Shown here piece by piece: positions 10,733 through 21,602 of a stretch of 33,469 bases of DNA. A program made the translations under genes and the position numbers. The notes beneath the pieces were generated by a model. That model worked only from the letters and a program-made list of their open reading frames with translations. It was not told the origin of the DNA and ran no database searches. This DNA comes from Octopus sinensis. Lineage: Eukaryota. Each line of letters begins with the position of its first letter. The stretch's first letter is position 1. The stretch lies in NCBI RefSeq assembly GCF_006345805.1, contig NW_021831964.1, forward strand, positions 1-33,469, written 5' to 3'.

Positions 10733-10965
10733 CTTTCTTTACTACCCACAAGGGGCTAAACATAGAGGGACAAACAAGGACAGACAAAAGGATTAAGTCG
10801 ATTAGATCGACCCCAGTGCGAAACTGGTGGTACTTTATTTATCGACCCCGAAAGGATGAAAGGCAAAGTCGACCTCGGCGGAATTTGAACCCAGAACACT
10901 TAACGGCAGACGAAATACGGCTACGCATTTTCGCCCGGCGTGCTAACGATTCTGCCAGCTCGCCG
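10733..10965 (-). mobile_element. Type B tRNA-derived SINE
   Basis: Minus strand GGCGAGCTGGCAGAATCGTTAGCACGCCGGGCGAAA...GTTCAAATTCCGCCGAGGTCGACTTTGCCTTTCATCCTTTCGGGGTCGATAAA...GTAAAGAAA. Confidence 0.9.
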
Positions 10966-11027
10966 ACATGTGTGCGTGCGCGTAAGGATGTATGTTTGTA
11001 TTTAAGGAAGAGTAAGAAAAACAATGA

Positions 11028-11063
<36 letters not shown>

Positions 11064-11841
11064 CAGACAGACAGTCAGACAGTGAGAGACAGATACAGAG
11101 AGAGAGAGAGAGAGAGAAACAGAATGACAGAGACAAAGAGAATGAGAGGGGGGGGGTGACGGCCGACGCGCAGACATCTTCGGTTATCGACCTTATTTAT
11201 ATAAGTTACTCTATGTCACGCTGACCCAAAAGTAAGTATATATACCAGTGGCCAGTTAGCCATGTTAATTATACAGGCTGGCGCTGTTCCTTTATAACCA
11301 ATCTGTTATTATGTTTGTACAACACTTCTTCCCCCATCGCCTTCAATCCCTTCTCCCCCCCACCACCTCAGCCTTCTACCGACCCCCCTCCTCCCTCCTA
11401 TTTCCCTTATCCGTCGCCGTTAATAGTCGCAGATGAGCTGAGTCGGACCGTAGAGGGTGAACGCGTGTGTATGTTGGTGCGTGTGTTTGTCAGTGTGAGT
11501 GTGTGTGTGTTAGTGTGTGTGTTTGTGAGTGTGTGTATGGGTTTGTGTGTGTCTGTGTGTGCGCGTGCGATCTTAGGTCCGACATGTCAACGGGATTGCT
11601 TCTGTCCTCTTCCCTCTCTCCCTCCCTCTTTCTATCTGCCCCCTGTCTATATTTCTCCCTTTCCTCCCACTCCCCCTCTCATCTCTCCCTCCCATCCTCT
11701 CTCTTTCTATATCTCTCTCCCTCTCTCTCTTTCTATCTATCTATCTATCTAACTATCTCTTTCTCCATGAGCAGTGGGTTCCGTAATTTCTGATTTCCTC
11801 AATCTACCTAAATGTCGGTCAACTTGATGACGACGTTGATG

Positions 11842-11886
<45 letters not shown>
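11842..11886. repeat. (ACT)n trinucleotide microsatellite
   Basis: Perfect array. Confidence 0.95.
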
Positions 11887-12049
11887 GGTGACCGAGGCGT
11901 GACGTGTCTACAAATCCATAATTCGGTCTTGGATGGGTCTTGGATGGGCGCAATTAAACAGTAGAGTTTAATGTCTACCTCGACAATCTACAAGAGTTTG
12001 AATAGCTACTTCAATATCTGGCAATTTCTTCAGTTGATTTTGAGAAGCC

Positions 12050-12730
12050 AAATAGTTTTGTACAATTCTGTGGTCATCCCAGTTGGACTTGTTCACAAGC
12101 TAGATGTATTCCACTAGATGTCCCTCCGCAAAATTCTTAGCATCTCTTGGCAAGACAGAAAAAAAAAACAATGAAGAGGTCTATGGGAGAACCGGGAAGA
12201 AACCATTAAGCATCACAGTGAAAGATCGTCGTCTCAGATTCCTTCGACATGTGTTTAGAATGCCTATTTCTTTACTGCCCACAAGGGGCTAAACACAGAG
12301 AGCACAAACAAGGACAGACATAGGTATTAAGTCGATTATATCGAACCCAGTGCGTAACTGGTACTTAATTTATCGACCCGAAAGGATGAAAGCCATAGTC
12401 GACCTCGGCAGAATTTGAACTCAGAACGTAACGGCAGACGAAATACCGTTAAGCATTTCGCCCGGCTTGCTAACGGTTCTGCCAGTTCGCCGTCTAAACA
12501 TGTGTTTAGAATGCCACCACACAAGATTCCGAAAGCGCTCCATCGATCGGAAACCAGAAGGTGAAAAAGGAAATGTGGACGCCCATTAGCATGGAAGGGG
12601 ACAGTTCTAAAGGATCTAGATGCAGAGGAGTTGAGCTGGGTTGATGCCAAGTCTCTTGCAGAAGATCATAGAGGATTGAGATCTTTTGGTGCTGCCCAAT
12701 ATTCCGCCTGGAATAAGAGGAACTAAAGAA
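12050..12730 (+). pseudogene. Decayed RTE-clade LINE 3' ORF fragment, split by a SINE
   Basis: KLDVFH*MSLRKILSISWQDR..NEEVYGRTG...RRLRFLRHVFRM[SINE]PPHKIPKAL...KRKCGRP..W...DL...SWVDAKSLAED...* (stop at 12724-12726). Typical RTE C-terminus. Confidence 0.85.
12265..12497 (-). mobile_element. Type B SINE inserted in the RTE fragment
   Basis: 18-bp TSD ACATGTGTTTAGAATGCC at 12247-12264 and 12498-12515. Confidence 0.93.
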
Positions 12731-12954
12731 CCAAGACTCCAACTTCACACGTTTATGTTAGATAAACTTGGTTGCTACGGTTTTGTAGACGACTGTTGCG
12801 CCTGGCAGAAAACTGAGAGAACTCCCAGGCCTGTGAGCCAGGATAAAGGCACTGCTAAGGAAAGGCAATACAAGAGAGTCAATCTTGTAGTTTCATTCCA
12901 CTAATCCCGAAGTTTGTAATGCCAAAACTTTTGGCCAATGCGCTCGTACGTATA

Positions 12955-13182
12955 CTCTCTTTTTACTCTTTTACTTGTTTCAGTCATGTGACTGTGGCCA
13001 TGCTGGAGCACCGCCTTTAGTCGATCAAATCGACCCCAGGACTTATTCTTTGTAAGCCTAGTACTTATTTTATCGGTCTCTTTTTTGCCGAACCGCTAAG
13101 TTACAGGGACGTAAACACAACACCACCGGTTGTCAAGCGATGTTGGGGGGACAAACACAGACAAACACGCACACACACACAC

Positions 13183-13214
<32 letters not shown>

Positions 13215-13397
13215 TATATATATATATATATATACGACGGGCTTCTTTCAGTTTCCGTCCACCAAATCCACTCACAAGGCATTGGTCGGCCCGAGGCTAT
13301 AGTAGAAGACACTTACCCAAGGTGCCATGCAGTGGGACTGAACCCGGAACCATGTGGTTGGTAAGCAAGCTACTTACCACACAGCCACTCCTACGCG
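12955..13397 (-). mobile_element. Type A composite SINE
   Basis: Full structure with (CTTTTA)n-type tail and internal CA/TA tract. Confidence 0.92.
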
Positions 13398-13589
13398 TAT
13401 AGTTGATAGTGTTGCTTGACTGCGAAAATCAGTGTGACTCCGAGAAGATTCATCCACAGCAACCTTTATCTCATGTATTATATTACAGAGGCGCAAAGAG
13501 ACAGGCTTGACCTCGACGAGGCACTAATAGATGTCGATCAGTCTAACGTACTAATCATTGACAAATCCCTATCACCGCATGCCAGCTGT

Positions 13590-14070
13590 ACAGCCAATTT
13601 CTGCACTTTTTCATCTCGATACAGTCAATCTCTATCTCTATGTGTCAGGTAGAATAAGTACCGCCAATTTCTATAACTATATATCTAGGCATAGTCAACA
13701 ACTATCTCTACACGTCAGCTAGCATGAGTAGAGTTGGTTTTGAAACTATTCAAATAGATATGGTCAATTACTATCGCTAATTGTCGACTAGCTTAAGTGG
13801 AGCCAGTTTCTGAAAATATTTATCTAGACATAGTCAAGCCATATTCAACCAGACATGGCCAGCCACCATCTCACCATGTCGACTGACTTTGGTAACTTTT
13901 GATCAAAGATATGGTCAAGAACTCCCCCTACATCTCCTTAATTGTTTCAAGTGTTGCCAGTTTCTATAACTTTTCACTTCGCCATGGTCAACCACTGTCA
14001 GTCAATGTCAACTGGCTGACATTTTCTGCAACTATTCTTCTAGACATGGTCACCAACTCTCACGACAAAT
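13590..14070. repeat. Degenerate ~70-bp tandem repeat, about 7 copies
   Basis: GTCAA/GTCAC anchor at 13624, 13694, 13763, 13833, 13914, 13987 and 14049, within the consensus GCCAGTTTCT..AACT.TT...CTAGACATGGTCAA. Confidence 0.7.
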
Positions 14071-14315
14071 CGACTGGCTTAACTACAACCAACTTCAAAT
14101 ATTATCCAACTCAGCGCTGTCAAACCCTTTTAACACATAAAACCTGGACAAAAATTATAACAATTCAAAAGCCTGCAGGAAACTAAAATGAAGCAACATC
14201 AGATATGCCCCCATCACCCTCCTATGTACACCTTTGATCATTCTAGAATAGATAATCCTTACCTTCGTTGGTACACATATCTTCCTTCTCTCTAATCCGC
14301 AACACAGATTCACAC

Positions 14316-14601
14316 TTTTCTGCTATAGACACAAAGTCCGAAATTTTGGGGGAGGGAGCCTGCGTTTCTTATTTCTTTACTGCCCACAAGGGGCTAAACA
14401 CAGAGGGGACAAACAAGGACAGGCAAACGGATTAAGTCGATTATATCGATCCCGGTGCGTAACTGGTACATATTTAATCGAACCCGAAAGGATGAAAGGC
14501 AAAGTCGACCTCGGCAGAATTTGTACTCAGAACGTAACGGCAGACGAAATACGGCTACGCATTTTGCCCGGCGTGCTAACGTTCTGCCAGCTCGCCGCCT
14601 T
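14316..14601 (-). mobile_element. Type B SINE with an extra second 3' tail
   Basis: 17-bp direct repeat GCAACACAGATTCACAC at 14299-14315 and 14602-14618 brackets the SINE plus about 50 bp of extra 3' sequence. Confidence 0.88.
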
Positions 14602-15785
14602 GCAACACAGATTCACACCATTGCACTCAACAAGTCAACTGTACCAAGCGACACATAGTGGCTGAGAGTGAACACGGAACTATATGACTGCGAGGCGAAC
14701 TTTTTAACCATCGCAGCCATGTTGTAGATTAAAAAAGGAAATAAACTAAAGTCAGTAAATTGAAAATAATACACAGGTTGAACTGAAAACTAAGCTGCTT
14801 CCAAAATATGTTACATGACTAAAAAATGAATGTAATGATTGAGCCATTGAGATTAGCGAGAGGAGAGAAGGGTGGGGAGAAGGTAAAAAGTAAGAACGAA
14901 AGGTAGAAAAAGAAAGAGAGAGAGAGAAAAAGATGAAACAAGGTTAAATTGAAGAGGGGGAAATGAGAAGGAAGGCAGGCGAAAACGAAATGAAGACAAA
15001 AGAAAAGGATATTACATTAGAAGATAGTAGTGACGGTGGCGTAACTGTATACGTAAAAAGGAGACAGAGAAGGAGGAAGAGAGAAAGAAAGGAAGAACCA
15101 GAATGAAGGAAGAGGAAAATAACATGAAAACGAAAGATTATATACAAGTAGAAGACAGTGTGTGTATGAGGGCGAGGAAAAAAGAGAGAGAAGGTGAGAG
15201 AGACTGAAGGAAGACAAAAAGAATGAACAGAAAATGAAAGAAGGAAAAGCTACTTCGTGATAAATATAACTTAGTTTAGTTCAGTTTAAGAGTTTTGATA
15301 AATAAAGAGCCATTTGTTCAGCATTCTTCATCCTGGTTTATTTAATGAAATTATTTTTCAGTCATACAAAAGAAACAAAGTTAGACTTGTTACCAAGTTA
15401 CATTTGATATCGTCTGCTTATGCGCGCGTGTGTGTTCGTATGTGTTCTTGGCCTCATGAAAAATATTTTCCATCTTTCATCGTTATATTTCAGTAAAGTT
15501 TAAATAACATTCCCTCACACAAAACAACCAAGAAAAATGTCCTGTCCGATCGTATGGTTTTGTTTCATTAATAGCTCGTTAAAATTCTTTAAAACCAGAC
15601 GACACCTATTTTATGAGTCTATGCTTTTACATGTGACTGTGTGCGTCAGACACAAACACACACACATACACAGATACAAACAAACACACACTATTGCACA
15701 CGCACGTACGTATGTATGTATGTATATATGTATATGTATGTATATATATATATAGAGATATATATTGTATATATATGTATATATC

Positions 15786-15847
<62 letters not shown>

Positions 15848-16089
15848 ATCTATCTATCTATCTATATCTATCTATTATATATAATAATATATTATATATA
15901 TATATATATATATACATAATACATACATATATTATATATATGTGTGTGTGTGTGTGTGTGGTGTACGGACTGCTTTCTCGTATACGAGCAAAGCCATTGC
16001 TAGAAAGAATCATTGAAATGAGTCATTGATAATGCAATGTGAGGCCCTTATATAATTCACATACATATGTATACACACACACACACACC

Positions 16090-16480
16090 ACACACACACA
16101 GAGGAGAACCTCGCAACATTGTACGAGTGATTAGCTATACGAGCCGAGACCCGTGCAAATTTTTGTCTTGAAGTACGAGTAGAAATCCGCAGTACGAGCA
16201 CACAAATCGTCCCATCTTTAATGTAATTCACTTCATAATGAAACCACTTTATGTATTTCTTTTGCATTCTCATTTTTATAATTATCATTTCACTTGTAAC
16301 TAATATCTTTTCTGTTTTAAAACCCATAGAAAAATAATTTTGAGTGGTCTTGGGGGAGCTGGAACGGATTAATTATATTTTAGTTAATTTCAAAGGGTGA
16401 AAATTGATTTGTAAATCGAGTAAATCGTAAGACGAGCTCGGTCATGGAACGAATTATACTCGTTCTGTGAGGTATCACTG
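16090..16480. mobile_element. Probable Tigger/pogo-like non-autonomous DNA transposon remnant (one end)
   Basis: Right end CTCGTTCTGTGAGGTATCACTG (reverse complement CAGTGATACCTC...) resembles Tigger-type TIRs. Repeated TACGAG and TTAATCCGTTCC-like motifs. The left TIR was not found. Confidence 0.5.
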
Positions 16481-16517
16481 TCTCTGTGTGGTGTGTGTAT
16501 ATATATAATATATATAT

Positions 16518-16611
<94 letters not shown>

Positions 16612-16615
16612 GATA

Positions 16616-16651
<36 letters not shown>

Positions 16652-16674
16652 TGTATGTATGTTATGTATGTATT

Positions 16675-16950
16675 TCTCTTATCTTTTATCCTTTCGTTGC
16701 TTCAGTCATTAGATTGCGGCCATGCTGGGGCACCGCCTTGAAACTTTAGTCGAATGAATCAACCCTGGAACTTTTTCTTTAAAACCCGGTACTTATTCTA
16801 TCGGTCTCATTTGCCGAACCGCCAACTTACGGGGACGCAATCACCCCAACGCCGGTTGTCAAGCGGTGGTGGGGAGACAAACATAGACACAAAGATACAC
16901 AGACACACAGACACAGCCACAGACACACACACACACACACACACAACATA
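16675..16950 (-). mobile_element. Type A SINE, 5'-truncated (3' module and CA tract only)
   Basis: 3' module homology; no head follows the (CA)n tract. Confidence 0.85.
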
Positions 16951-17250
16951 CACTTGTGAAGCTTAGTGAACGAAATCGTGAAATCTGCTGTGTTGTCTTA
17001 TTTACCAGTCTTTCTGAGCTGATATTTTACTGTAGTTCCAATATCTACCGTTAGCAAACTGAATCAAATACTACTTCGAAGCATAAATATAATTACACGC
17101 ACGCACGAACGCACACACACACACACACACACACGCATATACACACCCACCCACATATACTCACCCTCCACACATATATCTAAATGTGTACATGCATGTA
17201 TACATATGTATGTATATCTGCACACACGTATATATGATCTATCTATCTAC

Positions 17251-17330
<80 letters not shown>

Positions 17331-17530
17331 TTACTATCTATCCATCTATCTATCTTCTGTCGATCTATCTATATACATATATATACATACATACATACAT
17401 ACATACATTATATACACACATATATATATATATGTATGTATGTATATATATATATATATATTATATTATATATATTATATATATTATATATGTATGTATG
17501 TATGTACACCCCCATGCACACACACACCAC

Positions 17531-17561
<31 letters not shown>

Positions 17562-18335
17562 CAACACACACAACAAGATAGGACACATCGTGTTTCTACA
17601 ACATGGCCACCATGGAAAAATAAGTGGTACCAGGAAATTCCTCAGATAGAATTAAAAGAAGATCGGCTTCATTTTGTATTTCTTTGTCTCTCCTCCCTCT
17701 CCCTCGCCGGCAACAATAGCATTACAATGCATCAGAATTCGGTGAAACTTCATAAGAATTAATGCCTTCCATACTTAAACACACCAATGCTCGACAAAAA
17801 CCAAACAACAAGTACAGGGAACAACTGTATTCATAGCTATGAATACACCATTCTCCACAACAGGTCATGAGATGTACTCTGCGATCAGCGGCTTCAAGAG
17901 TGCCTTATAAACTAATTTCTAGAGCTTTATATTACGCTGGGAAGGAAAAAAATATCTGTAATTGAATAAATATACATAAACGGGACACATTGTGTTTCTG
18001 CAAACTGCTTGATTCATTAGAAAGTTTAGTCACGATATTTTTCAACGTAAATTAAATGAAGATTGACTTTTATTGTAGCCGGAATATTTATTCAGGAATA
18101 ATTCAGGTCGACCTTCTGTTGAATTCGAGTTAATGAAGGCCGTGGTAAAACTTCCTGGTGATGCAAATATTTCATAATTTATCCGGATAGGTCTAGCATT
18201 TCATAAGATCCACGTGTCTATGTTGGCATAGATATACATGTGTGGATATACATACGATATATGCGTGTGGATATACATACGCTGAAACATGCATACATGC
18301 ATGCATATATTCATACAAGCGTACATACATACATA

Positions 18336-18770
18336 TTCTTTTATTCTTTTATTCGTTTTCTTGTTTCAGTCATTAGACTGCGGCCGTGCTGGGGCACAGC
18401 CTTGAAGAAATTTAGTTGAAATAATCAATCCCAATTTTTATTTTTATCTTTTAAAGCCTGGCATTTATCCCATTGTCTCATTTGTGTGTGTGTGGTGGGG
18501 GAGGGTCATAAACACACCAACACCGGTTGTCAAGCGGTGGCAATAGTCAAACACACACACGCACACACACATACACACAACACACACACACATTCACACA
18601 CATATATATATATATACTTATATACGACGGGCTTCTTTCAGTTTTCGTCTACCAAATCTACACACATGGCTTTGGTTAGCCCGAAGTTATAGTAGAAGAC
18701 ACTCCAATGGGACTGAACCCGAAACCATGTGGTTGGTAAGCAAACTACTACCACACAGCCACTCCTGCGC
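18336..18770 (-). mobile_element. Type A composite SINE (small deletion in head)
   Basis: Homology to the other copies. Confidence 0.88.
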
Positions 18771-18891
18771 TTAAATATATTATAATAATATATATAGATA
18801 TATACATATATATATATATATTATATATATATATATATCTATATATATATATATATATATATATATAGATATATATATATATAATACTTTA

Positions 18892-19036
18892 TTTAAAGCA
18901 GCAGAAAATTCAACAAAGCCTGTTACTCTGAGTTTCCCGTTTCCGTTCGTCGGACAGTTTTTAGCAAAAACTGTCCGACGAACGGAAACGGGAAACTCAG
19001 AGTAACAGGCTTTGTTGAATTTTCTGCTGCTTTAAA
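18892..19036. repeat. Perfect 71-bp-arm palindrome (3-nt loop AGC) made of two inverted hammerhead-like units
   Basis: 18892-18962 is the exact reverse complement of 18966-19036. Each arm reads CTGT-CCGACGA-acggaaacgg-GAAA-CTC-A-GAG-TA-ACAG. Confidence 0.95.
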
Positions 19037-19573
19037 AAAGCATATTACTCTACCACTGGTATTTGAGTACTCTTTTTTCCACCTTGTTTCACATTTATGT
19101 GTACTCCGGTATATATATATTATATATATATATATATGGGTGTGTGTGTGTGTGTGTGGGTGTGTGTGGTGTTGTGTGTGTGAGTGGTGTGGTGTGTGTG
19201 TGTTCTTATTATAGAATTATGAATGATTTAGCGGAATGCTAATGCGTATATAAAAAGTTAATATAAACAGCTAAGCGCAATGCGATAGCATAAAGGAAAA
19301 ATCTAACTCTTATTTCTTGCAATATTTGTTTACAGTTGACAACACATCCTCATAATTCCATTATCTTTTGGTATTTTCAGAAAATGTTTGCAAATTTGTA
19401 TTGTACACTAGGGAATTCATACAATTATGCAAAAATAAACACCCAAGATTTTGGTTCGTGAATTAAACTATTTAGCTTTTATTTTTACAACCACCTGACA
19501 CCTCATGAGTTTTAAGCATTTAATAAACAAAAAAAGGATCATGAGGCTAAGCGACTTGGTAACGGCTTGGCTT

Positions 19574-19618
19574 GTTACTATGGAAACAGGCATTTATTTA
19601 TCTGTGGTTTTTGATTGG
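19574..19618. promoter_or_regulatory. Candidate RFX X-box plus inverted CCAAT box
   Basis: GTTACTATGGAAAC (19574-19587) fits the 14-bp X-box consensus GTHNYYATRGNAAC. ATTGG at 19614-19618 and an extra GGTAAC half-site at 19558-19563, all in non-repetitive DNA. Confidence 0.45.
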
Positions 19619-20689
19619 CTAAAAGTTCTCCAAATTTACAAACTTTAGAAGCTATTGACTCTTTATCGATTTATGGCGAAAATGAATTTCACGTTAAATA
19701 ATGAACCTACAAAGCTACACCAATTCACCAAATATGAAAGCAAATGGAAGAAACATTGAAAAAATTGAAAAGTGGCAGCCGAGCAGAAAAGATCCCATTT
19801 CTACTCCTACATAAAGATAATAACAACACATACGCCCACAAGAATTAGGGGAAATAAACTGGAAATTTAAATATAAATTGATTGTAAAAGCAGTTAGATA
19901 TAAAAGAGGAAAAGAAAATTAAGATAAACTTTCACATTTTAATGGCAACAGCAACAACAAAAACAACCAAACCGACATCGACTGTAAATATTCTGGAGTT
20001 CTTTGTTGGCAAAATGAAACGTAAAATGAAGAAAGCAGCTTTCCATTCTTTTATCAAATTAAACGTAGCAAATATATTCTCTTTCCCTAGAGCAGTTACA
20101 CGCATGAATTCACCGCAAACAAGAACAACAACAGCAGCAACAACATCAGCAATAGGACGAGCAGTAAAACCAGGGGCGGCGGCGACGGCGGCGCAGCAAT
20201 ATCAACAACGAAAACAACATGATCAGAGACATTCGTTTGCTTCTGTGGCAACATTGAGTCGATTACACAATCACTCGATGACGAGGAAGAATATCTCTCA
20301 CTCCCTCCCATCTTCCGCTCTGTATCTCTCTCTATCTATCTATCTTTCTCTCTCGCCCACATACTTTCTGTTTCGCTGAGACATTGCGATATTAATAAAC
20401 TGGTGTAGAACTCAATAAACGTATGCTTCAAAACAAAATGTTAGTCAAGTACAGAGCAGTAACAAAAAAAGTGATGACAAATGAATAAATGGTTATGTTA
20501 TGGACTTCATTACCTTACAGCTGTTTCCGTTATAGGATTCACTGGACTCATAGTACAATGCTTGAATGAAACCTTACAGCTCTCTGAATATTGGAAAAGA
20601 GTTACCTGTACGATGACGATACCCGGGTATCAAAATGCGGACATCATGACTGCTGCTCAATGCTCTGTGTACACTCTGAAGGCTGTAAG

Positions 20690-21075
20690 GCTTGATATGG
20701 ACATCATAAAAATCAAGTCCCTCTAAAATGTGATGGCCCTTGGGTGTGCCTCCAGTGAGGGTGATGTCATGCTACCCCACAGATTTGAACAGACAACAAT
20801 GTGAAGCTGTTGGAGACTGTGGTCAAACTCTGGCTGGAGTGGTTGCCACTGGATGGCCAGATGTGCGACAGAAGTGTTCGGCTACTTGCCATATTTTCGG
20901 AAAGAGCCAGAAGCAGTTAGAGGAATTTTCACGACTTTACTAGCCCCCATTTCTGACCTAATTCTCACTGTTGTAACCCCATGGGTTACTATGTGTAGGG
21001 TGCAGTTAAGAAAGGCCCCACAGATCTGCCTGCACCACCAAGGCGAATCTGATAGCCAAGATGAAGGAGTGAATA
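20690..21075 (+). pseudogene. Decayed Tc1/mariner-superfamily transposase, maT/DD37D-like
   Basis: Frameshifted pieces VMALGCASSEGDVMLPHRFEQ, VKLLETVVKLWLE, VATGWPDVRQKCSATCHIFGKSQK and DFTSPHF*PNSHCCNPMGYYV*GAV. These match the maT catalytic region as I recall it (VSSEGDVMPPH...WQQDSAPCH...WPPNSPDCNPMDYYVWG). Confidence 0.7.
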
Positions 21076-21109
21076 AAGCGTCTCATTAGTTCCATTTGCT
21101 GTTTCTCTC

Positions 21110-21204
21110 GCGTGACACCTTGGACAAATGTCTACTACTAAAGCCTCGGGCCGACTAAAGCCTTGTGAGTGGATTGCGTAGACGGAAACTGAAAGAAGCC
21201 CGTC
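21110..21204 (+). mobile_element. Type A SINE head fragment (plus strand)
   Basis: GCGTGACACCTTGGACAA...GCCTTGTGAGTGGATT..GTAGACGGAAACTGAAAGAAGCCCGTC. Confidence 0.85.
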
Positions 21205-21317
21205 GTATATATGTATATATACATCAACATCTCGGTGGTGGTTTCGGGATCTCGTCACAAATGATGCGAGGGTACATTCTGAGGCTGATACAGCGACAAG
21301 AATATCGGGGCCGCTGT

Positions 21318-21602
21318 GATGACGTTGATGCTGACGACGCTGATGCTGACGACGTTCATGCTGACGACGTTCATGCTGACGACATTGGTGCTGACGACAT
21401 TGGTGCTGACGACGTTGGTGCTGACGACATTAGTGCTGACGACATTGGTGCTGACGATACTGATGCTACCGACGTTGATGCTGACGACGTTGATGCTGAC
21501 GATGTTGATGCTGACGACGGTGGTGCTGACGACGTTGGTGCTGACGACGTTGATGCTGACGACGTTCATGCTGACGACGTTGGTGCTGACGACTTTCATG
21601 CT
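21318..21602 (+). repeat. 15-bp minisatellite, 19 units (GACGACGTTGATGCT consensus)
   Basis: Exact 15-bp phase. Translates as DD(V/I)(D/G/H)A pentapeptides. Confidence 0.95.

Noticed and set aside
11232-11237. Plus-strand splice donor AAA|GTAAGT
   Set aside because: No upstream polypyrimidine acceptor or coherent exon frame.
13590-14070. Leucine-rich-repeat coding exon (period near 69-72 bp)
   Set aside because: Stops in the frames examined, and unit spacing is not a multiple of three.
14258-14265. Strong minus-strand donor AAG|GTAAGG
   Set aside because: It appears to lie within an old SINE-like relic interrupted by the 14316 insertion, with no exon frame.
17863-17910. Possible short terminal exon after CAACAG (GHEMYSAISGFKSAL*)
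   Set aside because: Too short, weak acceptor and no recognisable homology.
19942-20379. 145-aa plus-strand ORF
   Set aside because: Driven by (CAA)/(GCA)/(CT) low-complexity sequence, with no domain.
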